Assembly: GCF_001194135.2 (NCBI RefSeq)
Contig: NC_068986.1
Coordinates: 84,695,581-84,759,580 of the forward strand
From: Octopus bimaculoides
Lineage: Eukaryota
Length of the DNA: 64,000 nt
Direction: 5' to 3'
Shown here one piece after another: positions 50,510-63,162 of the stretch. The translations under genes and the position numbers were made by a program. The notes beneath the pieces were generated by a model. The model was not told the origin of the DNA. It worked only from the letters and a program-made list of their open reading frames with translations, and did no database searches. Within the stretch, counting starts at the first letter, position 1. Each line of letters starts with the position of its first letter.

Positions 50510-51190
50510 ACTCTCCCTAAGCAACAAGGAGACTTGCCCGACACTGGGAAAACAGCTTGTAAATGAGAATGGGAGGAGAGCCACCGCACGAAAAATGGCA
50601 GTGAATAACTGTGTTAGCTAAAATCCAATGCCTAGAAACCCGGTGGAAAGATCCCCGAAAAAAATATGGGCAGGTGTAGATCATATAACCAGGGCAAAGT
50701 ATTTTAAGGGGTGTAGATGTCCATTTTATGAGCGAAGCTTTCGCTCTGAAGCACCACGTAGTTCCCATGACCGACAAGAAGCTAACCTTCTATATAACGA
50801 ATTTCGGAAGAATGACTTGCCGTGTTAAGATAAAGAAAGTTCTTTGGTAGTTGCTGGAAAGCAGTGAGACTACTCGACGTGAAATGATCGGAGAAGGAGT
50901 TTTGTTCTGGGTCTACAGTAGGGAATATTCTGCTACACAGTAGTAAAGCAAGTTGCCATCTGTAAGTTGAAGAAGGCCATTTCAGAGAGCTTTCTGTTGT
51001 CAACGAGAAGCGAGAGACAGAAGGTACAGAATAGCACTCCCACCCCGTCCCCCATTCAGATGAAAGTAAGCGAAGCAAATGTCTAAAAGTCTCCACAAAT
51101 TGGTGCTAAGGCGTGTGTGTTGGAAATCCTAATCTCACCGATGGCTAGTGACCTCAGATCATTGTGCAGGTTGGTGCTTTTCCTCAATCA
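50510..51190 (-). mobile_element. Degraded L1/Tx1-like APE endonuclease region
   Basis: Minus-strand translations LAIGEIRI...GDGVGVLF and IFPTVDPE, with many stops. Confidence 0.45.
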
Positions 51191-51617
51191 TTTGAACCTT
51201 AGCCACTACACATTCTTCGGTTACCATTGCCAATAGCAAAAAAAAACAAAAAACTGCCTTCCATATCTTACTTAACAGTGGTCTCAAATTTTGACAGAAG
51301 CCAACAAGTTCAGGGTTGGGGTAAGTCGAATACATTGACTCCAGGGCTCAACTGGCACTTATTTTATCGACCCCGAACGGATGATAGTAAAGTCTACCTC
51401 GGTGGAATTTGAACTCGGAAAGTACAGACAGAAGAAAATACCGTTAAGCACTTTTCCCGGTACGCTAACGATTCTTCCAGCACACCGCTTTGTCCTGTTT
51501 AATATTAAAATGAATTACACAAGCGAGATATTAGTGCATGAATCATTACTATAAGATAATTTAATAATGTATGCTGAGTGTGCGCAAATTTTAATAAAAT
51601 ATTTTTCTTTTTGCTAG

Positions 51618-52598
51618 ATACACCAGTCACAACATGTTTGGCACAAGAGACAGGATCAGCTGTTAACGATGATCAGGCACTCACCAGTGCAATTGATGTT
51701 TCTAGTGGATCATCATCAACAGATGCTTTTTCAACAGATGAAACCATACATCCCACGACAGGATATTCGTCAGACACCATGTTAACAGGTGTGGCAACTG
51801 CCACTCTATCAACAGCTGAAATCACACATCTCACAACAGAAAGTTCAACAGACACCATGACAACAGATGAAACGACAAATTCCACAACAGACTCCATATC
51901 AACAGATATGACAACTGACACTCTATCAACAGATGAAACCACATATCTCACAACAGGGTATTCCACAGACATCATATCAACAGATTTGACGACAGAGGCT
52001 CTATCAACAGATGAAACAACAAAACTCACGACAGAATATTCAACAGACACCATCTCAACAGATATGGCAACTGCCACTCTATCGACAGAGGAAACGACAA
52101 ATCCCACAACAGAATATTTAACAGACACCGTGTCAACAGATTTGACGACAAATCCCACAACTGAATATTCAACAGACGCCATATCAACAGATTTGACGAC
52201 TGATGCTCTATCAACAGATGAAACAACAAATCCCACAACAGAATATTCAACAGACACCATATCAACAGATTTGACGACAGAGGCTACATCAACAGATGAA
52301 ACGACAAATGCAACAACAGAATATTCAACAGATACCCTGTCAACAGATGTGACGACAGATGCTCTATCAACAGATCAAACGACAAATCCNNNNNNNNNNN
52401 NNNNNNNNNNNNNNNNNNNNNNNNNNNNNNNNNNNNNNNNNNNNNNNNNNNNNNNNNNNNNNNNNNNNNNNNNNNNNNNNNNNNNNNNNACAGGTGTGAC
52501 AACACACGTTCTATCAACAGATAAGACTATTCATACCACGACACCAATTTTTTCAACTACACTTGCCCACAGTACAGGTTTTACAACGTATATTGCAG
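51618..52598 (+). CDS. MUC4-like mucin exon 2: acidic Thr/Ser tandem-repeat (PTS) domain, contains a 100 N gap
   Basis: Open frame with ~26 aa repeats TDALSTDETTNPTTEYSTDTISTDLT. Acceptor TAG at 51617, donor GTACGT at 52599, phase 1 at both ends. Confidence 0.9.
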
Positions 52599-53257
52599 GT
52601 ACGTAAAATTACAACAACCTGTCAAACTTGCTTCAAATTAAATGCTGTCCTCCGAATTTGGTCTAATGCAGAATTATACCCTTTCGCCAGATACCAGACT
52701 CCCTGCATCTGCTTTCAATATACTTAATTTTATTTAAGAAAATTGACGATACCTGTATTTTGTATTACCGGTGCTTATGTCCACTAGAAAATGGTTGTCC
52801 TCATAAAAAGAAGTGAAATATTACTGATCTATAATTAATATGTATCCTTTAGTTTCCTTAAAAGTTCTACAAGTAAGAGAGCTCCCGTTTATCATATATA
52901 TTTTGGTTACGTTTATATATCTGTAGCTACGCTATATCCTACATGTTTAACATTATTCTTCATATTGCAGCATCCTCTTAACATACGTTAATTACATTTT
53001 TGTCTAAGCACGTTTGCATCTTTTTAACACATAATTTCGTTACCTTCAAAAACGCACCTCTTAACACATATATTTAAGTAATCTTAACCGTATTGTGTTC
53101 TTCGCAGATCCCAATAATTTCTGTTAATCTTTCTTTCCTTGCAGCTGAAAGAAAAAGAAAAAGAAAAACATATTAAGACAAAAAAGAAACCTTAGAAATT
53201 TTGAAGTGAATTTGTCGTATGTTAGACAATTTAACATATCACTTTTCTTTGTTTTAG

Positions 53258-53431
53258 GAACCAACGCAACTTTATCAACATCATCTGCTACTCCAACTAA
53301 AACCACATTTCACCAAACTTCTACTTCGTCGACTTTAAATCCTACAACAAAATACACAACGCAGATTACTACACAAAAAACGACACCACCACCACCAACA
53401 ACAACAACAGCAAAATATTGCCCCCCATCAG
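53258..53431 (+). CDS. MUC4-like mucin exon 3 (Thr-rich linker ending KYCPPS)
   Basis: TTTTAG acceptor and GTAAGG donor, phase 1/1, open frame. Confidence 0.85.
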
Positions 53432-53757
53432 GTAAGGATGGTGTTTTGCCTATAAATCATGTCTGTTTATTAATTAAAATTATTAGCCCATTTATTTAAT
53501 AAGCAAGTAGTGTATTTGAAATAAAACGAAATTGAGAGTAAAATATACAATATCAAACATACTTTTACGAACTCTTAAATTTCCGGGTAATAGTTGGAAA
53601 TAATATCAAACTAATTTCCACAAATTCACTTAGTTCGTTATTTAAATTTTATGATATATATATATATATATACCTCCCTCCACCAAAGTATCAAGGTAAC
53701 TATAGATATATATTTACTTCACTAAAATTTTCGTTGCGTCTTGCAACCTTTTCAATA

Positions 53758-53846
53758 TTGACTCTGTCAGTTGACTCTGTCAGTTGACTCTGTCAGTTAT
53801 TGACTCTGTCAGTTATTGACTCTGTCATTGACTCTGTCAGTTATTG
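53758..53846 (+). repeat. Six copies of TGACTCTGTCA at 12-16 bp spacing
   Basis: Read directly from the sequence. Confidence 0.9.
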
Positions 53847-54696
53847 AAGCTGCGTTCTCTTTGTTTGTTTGTCGCACGTATGTGGGTCAGTGTGTGTGTG
53901 GATACATATGCATGTATGTATGTGTGTATGTATGTATGCATGTATGTATGTGTGCACGTTTGTATGTATGCATGCAGCCTCCATATTCATGTGTTTGTGC
54001 GGACGTGTGTCCCCATATTAGTCCTTGTGTGAAGTCAAGTGTGCGTCTATATATGGTCATTTGTTTCAGTCTTCATTTTTGTATGTGCGTGTATGTGTGC
54101 TTGTCTGTTCATATAATCTATGTACCTATCCGTCTGTATGTCTATCTGTATACATTAATAGCCTACATACATGTGCATATACATGTACATATACATATAT
54201 ACACACATACACATACATACATCTATCTACATTACAGCCCATTAACTAACTCTACCTGTGGGTATGGGGGCATGATATCTACTACGCATATTTCCTATTT
54301 AGTACTGGGAATGTTTCATTTATGAGGACGTACTCCTGAATTTGTCTCTGAGTGTTGGGTCCTTTGGGTGCTTGAATAAAATGCGGATGTCAAGTTGACC
54401 CAGTTTGCCTCCATGCTGGTCCTTGGCATGTTAGTAGAGTATGGAGGACTGGTTTTGTCTTCATCTCTCTCCCATATGCACATACACACGTCTTACATAT
54501 CATTAAAATAACATGGCTGAATTAAAGTCATTGCCTCACTCTCATTTACGTGAATGGATCCGAAATAGATATGGATACAGATCTTCATCACTTTCAGTTT
54601 TAATATGAAAACCAATAAACTAGCTTTTAACAACGAATACATTTATAATTGAAATATTAATCTTTTTAATTTTTCTTTTTCTTTTCAATTTTACAG

Positions 54697-54803
54697 AGTT
54701 GTTGGACCATAGTAACACACGATACTTGTATAATTCCTGGTCACCATACATTTGCCCAAGAATTGATATCAACATAGGACAAAGAGCACTGAACTGCTTT
54801 CGT
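54697..54803 (+). CDS. MUC4-like mucin exon 4 (lead-in to NIDO: ELLDHSNTRYLYNSWSPYICPRIDINIGQRALNCFR)
   Basis: Polypyrimidine-TTACAG acceptor and GTATGT donor, phase 1/0, consistent with both neighbouring exons. Confidence 0.75.
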
Positions 54804-55399
54804 GTATGTATTAATATGTTACAAGATTTACATTCCCAATCTACATTTCACCTGTAAATTCTTACGATATATTCCTAATCATAGAAACAGCAAATGAACT
54901 CCAAAATAAACGCACGAAATAATTTCAGTTTTAAAGATCTAAATTTATATGTGGGCTATATTTATATTAAATCAATAACAACGTTTTTACATACCCAAAA
55001 CTGCTTGTATAATTCAAGCTGTTGTATCCGCTTATTATTAAAATATTTAGTTAAGAACCTCTCTCGCTATAGGAATCTTTTTCTGTCATCGCTTAGTCTC
55101 AACTTTTGTAATGGTTGCTTTATCTTTAACTGGAAAATCCAGATAATTTTTTAAATTTAAAAATTCTTGATGGCTTTTTGCCTCTTCACTTTTAACATTG
55201 ACTAGGTGCTCTCTTTGATGTTCTTATTTTACATATTTCTTTATCATAATATTCAAATAATTCCACTACTTTATATTGTAAATATTGTATCTATAAGAGG
55301 TGCAGCAATATCAGAGGAATGTTATCAGAGAAAGTAGTCTTTGTGAGTGGTAAATTTATAAGTACAATAAACACTAGAAATGTACAGAAATAGACTACG

Positions 55400-56210
55400 T
55401 CACATGCCAGGTGGGATGCTTAGAAATAGTTGATAGCTTCCGCTACCTGGGTGCCTAAGTCAGCTGTGGAAGCGAACGCTCCATGAGCGTAGCTGCTAGA
55501 ATAAGAATAGTCTAGGCAAAGCTCAGAGAAATTCTACCTTTGTTGGTAACAAAGAGTGAAAAGCAGATTGTATGATGCCTGTGTGTGCACAGCTATATTA
55601 TACGGCAGGGAAATATGGACCGACTGCAGAGGACATATGAAGGTTTGAAAGAAAGGAAGTCAGTGCGCTTCGCTGGATGTGCAATGTCAGTGTGCATGTA
55701 CGACAGAGTGTAAGCATCCAGATAAAATATTGGGCATAACAGGCAACAAATGTGGTATACAAGAGAGAAAACAACGCTGGGTGTGGACATGTGATGCATA
55801 TGGTTGAGGACAACTGCGTAAAGAAGTGCCCGTCTCTAAGTGTGGAGGGGACCTGTGGAAGAGGTAGACCCAGGAAGATGTGGGACGAGGTGGTCAAGTA
55901 TGATCTTCAGAACGTGGGTCTCACTGAGGCAATGACAAGTGATCGAGATCTTTGGCGATTTGCTGTGTATGAGAAAACTCGTCAAGCTAAGTGAAATCAT
56001 AGTTATTGCCAGTACCGGTGACAAGCAAAAGGCATCCGTGCCAGCATCACGTTAAATGCGCCCACTACACTCTTGGAGTGGGTGGCGTTAGGAAGGGCAT
56101 TTAGCCGTAGAAACCAAGCCAAAATAGACAGAAGCCTGTTACAGCTCTCCGGCTTACCAGGTCCAGTTAAATCGTCTAAACCATGCCAGTATGAAAAATG
56201 GATGTTAAAT
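55400..56210 (+). mobile_element. 5'-truncated RTE-clade LINE (RT C-terminus plus 3' UTR), degraded
   Basis: Translations LEIVDSFRYLG...ARIRI..AKLREILPLL...RLYDACV.TAILYG.EIW and WCGHVMHM..DNCVKKC.SL.VEGTCGRGRPRKMWDEVV. Confidence 0.85.
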
Positions 56211-56334
56211 GATACAAATGAGGATGAATGTATCTCTGTCTTTCTGTCTGTCTTTCTGTTTGTCTGTCTGTCTGTCTGTCTTTCTGACTGTCTCTGTCTT
56301 TCTGTCTGTCTGTGTCTGTCTGTCTGTCTGTCTG

Positions 56335-56409
<75 letters not shown>

Positions 56410-56411
56410 AT

Positions 56412-57090
56412 ACGTGACTGTGTGGTAAGAAACTTGCCTCTCAACCACGTGGTTCTGGGTTTAGTCCGACTGCGTAGCATTTTGGGCAGACGTCTTCTAC
56501 TATGGCCTCAGGCCAACTAAGGACTTGTGAGTGGATTTGGTAGACGAAAACTAAGAGTGGTTGACTTAACTACGAATCCACCCCATTTTAAAGCAGAAAC
56601 AGCTGTAAGCTAATGAAGTTCATTACATAACATTTAGTTTTCCTGGTGTCATCTCTTTATTTTTTCGCTCTCTCTCTCTATATATCTTAGTGTGCTTACA
56701 CCCTCGTACATTAGCTGTTTGGCAAAAGATACCGATAATATAGGTCCCAGTGTCAATTTGTTTGACTAAAATCCTTCAAGGCAGTGCCCCAGCATGGCCG
56801 CAATCAAATGATTGAAACAAGTAAAAGATAAAGATGCACATGACTAGTACCGTTATCTATAGTAGTTTATTTATTCATAATTTACTAAGTTAAAAGCGTT
56901 ACAAGTTATAAGAGAACAAAAATAGAAGCAACAAGATATTAGCTATGGCATTAAAAATTTAACTTGGTAAGCATGTGATTTCAGATTTAGTCCCACTGCG
57001 TGGCACCTTGGGTAAGTGTCTTTTAATATAGCTCTGGGCTGACTAATGCTCTGTGAATGAATTTGATTGGCGGAAATTGTGTGAAAGCCT
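56412..57090 (+). mobile_element. Fragments of family A SINEs (56412-56550 head, 56700-56830 tail, 56955-57090 head)
   Basis: Family A head, core and tail motifs. Confidence 0.7.
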
Positions 57091-57112
57091 GTTGTGTGTG
57101 TGTGTGTGTGTA

Positions 57113-57146
<34 letters not shown>

Positions 57147-57914
57147 TGTGAGTGTGTGTGTGTGTTTGTGTAACTAAAATGTATATTTTTCATCAATACT
57201 TTCATTTTACTTAAAAGATTATGGAGAAGATATTTGCATAGAACGTATTGATAATATAGGAACTGTGCTATCTAGTAAGCATATCAGTTAACCGATTCAA
57301 TCAGATGTAAAGGAAGTGGCAATTGTGAATGACCATAATTATGGGTTGTATATTAAATTGTTTTGTTTATTGTTATATTTATCATTTGATTTTAAGGAGA
57401 CAACTTAATGCTAATGTTAATGTATTAGTCATGAATTCCGTCGAGGTCGACTTTGCCTTTCAGCCTTCGAGGTTAGTAAATTAAGTACCAGCTGAACACT
57501 GGGGGTCGATGTAATCGACTAGCCCCCTTCACCCAAATTTCAGGTCTTGTGCTTATAGTAGAAAAAAAAATTAGCTGTGAATTAGTTTATAAACTGCTTA
57601 AATATTAACTAACCAAATTTATTGACAAAGTACTAAATGGTAATCATTTTAATTAACGAGCACGATATTCTTTATCTGTTTCTGGTTTTGTTTTCGTATT
57701 TCGGGAATATTTTACACTTATGATTAAATGTTAATATCTTATTCTAGCTGAAAAACTGCTAAAGAACTGGTAGCTTACAAAATTCGTGACTAATTATAAT
57801 TAGAAACTATTAATTCAAAATTCTTTTCTTGAAATATTTGATTGCAATGCCAATATAAATATCTTTTAATGACCTAATTGTTCTCAACTATGTTATGTAA
57901 CTTTGTTTTGTCAG

Positions 57915-58220
57915 ATCTACGCTGGTGGATATTTATCAGAGAATACTATGTTCAGCTACGAACCGTATAGTTTATCTTACACTAGAAACTATATCATTGC
58001 TCCATACTGGGCAGACCTTTGGTATGAATATCAGAACGTTAAATACAGCATTTATGAGAAATACACAACAAGTGGAATAAATTACAACATGGTGAATAAA
58101 CTGAGAAATATTGATGCAAAAATTAATATGTATGCAAATATTAGAAATTTCCAATCTGTTTGGGCACTTTTGGTGACATGGGAAAATATACGTCATTCTT
58201 CCCTAATAGGAACATCAAGG
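57915..58220 (+). CDS. MUC4-like mucin exon 5 (NIDO domain, N-terminal part)
   Basis: Translation IYAGGYLS...IIAPYWADLW...WALLVTWEN. TCAG acceptor, GTAAGT donor, 306 nt, phase 0/0. Confidence 0.9.
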
Positions 58221-58856
58221 GTAAGTTAATTACACATTATATTTAATCTCATGAATATAATTATTTTAAATTTACCAAATTAAGAAAAAGATCATTTAGC
58301 AATGCCGATTCATTCCTACTGAATTTACAGTTTTATCAATGAATCAACTTTCTGACGCAGTAAATTTTTAGTTTATTTAAAAATATTTTACTGCTCAGAA
58401 CAGCTTCACTATTTCTTTTTGTAATAAATCAATTGAAATGAAATGTGGTTACACTGCCGAAAACGTAATGTTCATTTACGGGGTTTAAATTGCTAAGATT
58501 CAATCGGCTGGCCGAAATATTACAATATAAATATAAAATCAAATTAAGGATCCACTTTATATATTAATAGCAGGAAGTTTGGTAATATTTTTGCATTATA
58601 TAATGTGCTTTAGAGTTACTAAAAAGAGAGCTAAACTTAATGTAAAATAGTGGTTCTAAGATAATTGGAGTGATCACAATCTGTGATATATCTTCTTGAT
58701 AAGATTCATCTCCGATCGATGATTGCGATAACAATATTATTTTGTTGTACTAAAACGTTTTCTGTTTTAGGAAAGTAATGTCAAAAATTGTACGATCGTA
58801 GTTTTCACAAGTGCTCATAGAATTTTAATCATAAACGTATTATTTTCGCACCTTAG

Positions 58857-59070
58857 GAAACAAATCCAGGTATTACATTCCAAATGCTACTGGTCACAGA
58901 CGGCTATTCAACCTATTTGCTTTATTTCTACAAACCTTGTGGAATGGATATGAACACTGATGTGAAGGCCTTAATGGGCTTTAACTTGGGCGGCAACAAG
59001 CGTTTCACGCATAAAGACTCACTGAAGAGGAATAGTTTGGTAAATATAGATATAAAGGAAGGAAATACAG
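58857..59070 (+). CDS. MUC4-like mucin exon 6 (NIDO domain core)
   Basis: Translation TFQMLLVTDGYSTYLLYFY...ALMGFNLGG...GNTG. TTAG acceptor, GTGAG donor, phase 0/1. Confidence 0.9.
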
Positions 59071-59201
59071 GTGAGATATCGAATACTCCTATTTATATTT
59101 AATAAGAATCTAATAAACTTTGTGAACATATTACTAAAGCATTGAAACCGATCAAAATTCTTACTAACAAAACAAAAGTGTCATAAACAAAAGTGTCAGT
59201 T

Positions 59202-60397
59202 CTTCTTCTTTAATCTTTTTCCCCCTTGTGGAGTATAGGGCCTCAACAGTTACATTCCACTTTTTGCGGTAATTGGCGTGTTTCTTGGCTGCTTTTCATG
59301 TCAGGCCGGTGGTCCTGAGCTTGTCCAAAACGCTTCATTTCTATGTCTGCTTCGGGCGTCCTCGCTTAATTTTTCCCCTGCGGGTTCCAGTCAAGTGCAT
59401 GTCGTGTTACATTTGAGGGTTCTTACCGCAGTGTGTCCCTGACCCATCTCCATTTCCTTCGTCTCATCTGAACACGTATGGGCTCCTGGTTTGCCCTTTC
59501 TAACAGGTCAGTGTTTGGCACTCCGTTGAACCACTTCAGATGGAGGATCTGCCGGAGACATTTGTTGATGAAGGTCTCGATCTTCCTGTAGTTGCTGCAG
59601 GTGGCTCTTCATGTTCCAGAGCCATACAAAAACACACTTTTACGTTTGAACTAAATAAGCAGATTTTAGTTCGAGTTGAGATGGCAGTGGACTTCCATAC
59701 CGGCCGATGAATAGCCAAGGCTTGCCAAGCCTTCTTGCTTCTTGCAGTGATGACCTCATCTGATTCTCCTGATTTGCTGATCTTGCTGCCAAGATAGACA
59801 AACTCACCAACGTTCTCCACAGGTGCCCCTTCGATTATGTTCCCCTGGTAGGTTCAACCTTGCTGGTTTGGTCGAAGAGGAGGAGTCAGACTAAAGTATA
59901 CACATCAGACTAAAGTATACACTAAAGTATACACATCAGATTCGGGGGTTGTGCTACAGGCTAATACCCTATACACGTAAAAAATACTTGTTACAGAAAC
60001 CAACAACAGTTCATTTAACACTAATTCAGTTCTTGGGAGAACCAGGGTTCCGATCCGGAGACTGAGGACGCGCTGTAGCCAAATCTGTCAGGAAGCTACA
60101 GGGCCGAGGACAACCTTGAAGGGCGGTCCAAAGCTGCTCTCACAGAAGAAGCCCATCCTTCTTGGAACCTGGAATGTGAGAACACTCCGAGAGACAGGAA
60201 GGTGCGCACAAGCGGTGAGGGAGATGCACCAGTAACACCTCACGCTACTCGGCATGTGTGAAGTAAGTTGGAACTCCTTCGGAGAGATCAAATTAGAAAC
60301 AGGCGAAACACTTTTCCATTCGGGTAAAGACAATGAAGAAGACCACCATGAAGCTGGGGTGGCACTGCTGTTGTCGAAGGAAGCAGCAAAGAGTCTG
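59202..60397. mobile_element. RTE-clade LINE insertion with inverted 5' segment, flanked by a 13 bp TSD
   Basis: 59202-~59840 is the minus-strand RT C-terminus (VENVGEFVYLGSKIS) with an (AAG)n tail. ~59843-60397 is the plus-strand 5' UTR and APE start (LGTWNVRTLRETG...GVALLLSKEAAKSL). AAAAGTGTCAGTT lies at 59189-59201 and 60398-60410. Confidence 0.85.
59883..59971 (+). ncRNA. Degenerate HDV-like ribozyme remnant in the RTE 5' UTR
   Basis: P1 GAGTCAG/CAGATTC (6/7 pairs) followed by GG, a small P4 hairpin TGT-GCT-ACA, J4/2 GGCTAA, and partial P2 TAAAGTA/TACCCTA. The P3/L3 region is replaced by local duplications. Confidence 0.45.
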
Positions 60398-61337
60398 AAA
60401 AGTGTCAGTTAGTCGGTAAATATTGTTGAGATTATATATAAACGGAATTTTCGAAGTAATTAAGTGAAACACTTTTAGTCTAAATTACAACAAAAGTTAT
60501 TTCCCAAATCTCTTGATTTCATTATATTCCTTCAATTTCATTTTACGAGCGTTACTGTCATTATTTTATTTCACTCATGGTTGTTGGGCTCAATCTTGTC
60601 TACTTAGCCACACCTCAACCCAACCAGCACAAGATCACTTGAGGTTAATTCACATTTACAGAAAATTAAGACTGCTTCAATAAACTAATAATAATAAATT
60701 TACGAAATTACGAGCCAGTAGATTTTACTCGGCAAATACATAAGCTTTATACTACAAATATATAGGTTATATATTACAAATAGCGCCAGGGATTACACTA
60801 CACATATAATATACCTTTACGCTAAGGCGGCGAGCTGGCAGAAACGTTAGCACGCCAGGCGAAATGCTTAGCGATATTTCGTCTATCTTTACACTCTGAG
60901 TTCGAATTCCGCCGAGGTCCACTTTGTCTTTCATCCTTTTGGGATGACTGGCCAACTCCCCAACACTTTCGGGTCTTGCTCCTAGAGTAGAAAAGAATAT
61001 AACTATTACACTATAAGCATATCGGCCATCATTAGCTTCACTGAACTGATGCAGTCAGTCGTTGGGATGCCACGCTAGACGCTTTTACACTCAGCCGTGT
61101 TGTGACATGTCCAATACTTGATGGTGTCTCCCTCTTTCTCTCTTCCTCAACGGTGATTGAAGTACGGTTTTGGACAGCAAATTAAGGCGGGCTGCATGAC
61201 CGTACTAGCTAAACTGTCGTCTTTTTACCAGCACGAGAAGAGATTCCTCTCTGCCAGCGAGTTTCTTTTGTGCTCTATATACGGGATATGTTGTAGCCCT
61301 CAGAAGCATTTGTGCAAAGATGCTCGGATCCTTCGTT

Positions 61338-61379
<42 letters not shown>

Positions 61380-61885
61380 NNNNNNNNNNNNNNNNNNNNN
61401 NNNNNNNNNNNNNNNNNNNNNNNNNNNNNNNNNNNNNNNNNNNNNNNNNNNNNNNNNNNNNNNNNNNNNNNNNNNNNNNNNNNNNNNNNNNNNNNNNNNN
61501 NNNNNNNNNNNNNNNNNNNNNNNNNNNNNNNNNNNNNNNNNNNNNNNNNNNNNNNNNNNNNNNNNNNNNNNNNNNNNNNNNNNNNNNNNNNNNNNNNNNN
61601 NNNNNNNNNNNNNNNNNNNNNNNNNNNNNNNNNNNNNNNNNNNNNNNNNNNNNNNNNNNNNNNNNNNNNNNNNNNNNNNNNNNNNNNNNNNNNNNNNNNN
61701 NNNNNNNNNNNNNNNNNNNNNNNNNNNNNNNNNNNNNNNNNNNNNNNNNNNNNNNNNNNNNNNNNNNNNNNNNNNNNNNNNNNNNNNNNNNNNNNNNNNN
61801 NNNNNNNNNNNNNNNNNNNNNNNNNNNNNNNNNNNNNNNNNNNNNNNNNNNNNNNNNNNNNNNNNNNNNNNNNNNNNNNNNNNNN

Positions 61886-61920
<35 letters not shown>

Positions 61921-62027
61921 GTATGTATACATATATACTTTTGTATTATTATAGTATCTATATACGGGATATGTTGTAGCCCTCAGAAGCATTTGTGCAA
62001 AGATGCCCGGATCTTTCGTTCCATATA

Positions 62028-62060
<33 letters not shown>

Positions 62061-62456
62061 ACATATATATTACTTTTGAAGAAAGATACTATAATAATAT
62101 AAAAAGTATAGATTTGCACAATATATTTCTCATATCCACTTCACGTATATATCAAGGAGAATGGAAGAAGCATGGTAGAAACATTTTTAACTCAATGAAT
62201 TTCTGTTTAAAATCTAACTTAAATCTATCAAAAATCCAACAACGTGTAGCATGTTTTCTAAAATGACTAAAACAGATTTTATAATTTTTAACCTATTAGA
62301 TTAATCTAATAGGTTAATTTTTAACCTATTTGATTAATCTATTAGAACATAGCCTTTTTTTTTTCGATTGCAAAGTAACGCAAACAAACTTTTTAATTTA
62401 AGAAACGGTAAAATGCAATGTGATATGCAACGTGATAAACTTCTATATTTTGTCAG

Positions 62457-62659
62457 GTTTCAGTGGCGTATGGCTATTTGATTTGCGTGGTCGATATCAA
62501 AGAACTTCCAAATTAAGTTGTCTCAAATGGTATGGCGAAGATAATGGTGTTTGGGGTTTTAATACCTGTCCATGTTCATTCTGGCAAGCTCGGACAGATT
62601 TCCGATTCTTCTATGAATGGCGGAGCCGTTGCTTCTTTTCTATAACATCTCCAGCAATG
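62457..62659 (+). CDS. MUC4-like mucin exon 7 (end of NIDO, start of AMOP)
   Basis: Translation FSGVWLFDL...SCLKWY...CPCSFWQARTDFRF...CFFS. TCAG acceptor, GTGAGT donor, phase 1/0. Confidence 0.9.
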
Positions 62660-63162
62660 GTGAGTTATTCCTTAAACATTTTCAAACAAAGCAAACAGTA
62701 TAAACATATTTTAACTTTATTTTATTGTTTTATTTTAATTATAATTTCAGTTTACCATATCTATATTATTCATATTTACCCGCTAGTTAATCACGATCAG
62801 TTGTTTGTTTGTTTGTTTGTGTGTGTGTGACAGTGCGCGCACACACGCAAACACGACATGCATATCTATCCATCTGTCTGTCTATTTATGTATGTATGTA
62901 TGTATGTATGTATGTATGTATGTATGTATGTATGTATGTATGTATGTATATTTGCATAATGTAAGTGCATAATAAAATTTTATAGTTATGTACCTATGTA
63001 CATATATAATATTATTCTTCCAGTCTACAGATTAGTGACTATTGTTAATTGTTTATAGAATAACATATGTGAACAAATGGATCTATCCTCATTTAACAAA
63101 TAAATAAATAAATGAAAATAAAATAAAATAAAAATAAGGAATATTTTGCTTTCTCTTTTAAG

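Noticed and set aside
61255-62075. ~65 bp sequence repeated on both sides of the 61380-61885 gap
   Set aside because: Most simply a collapsed tandem repeat or contig-end overlap, so not interpretable without reads.
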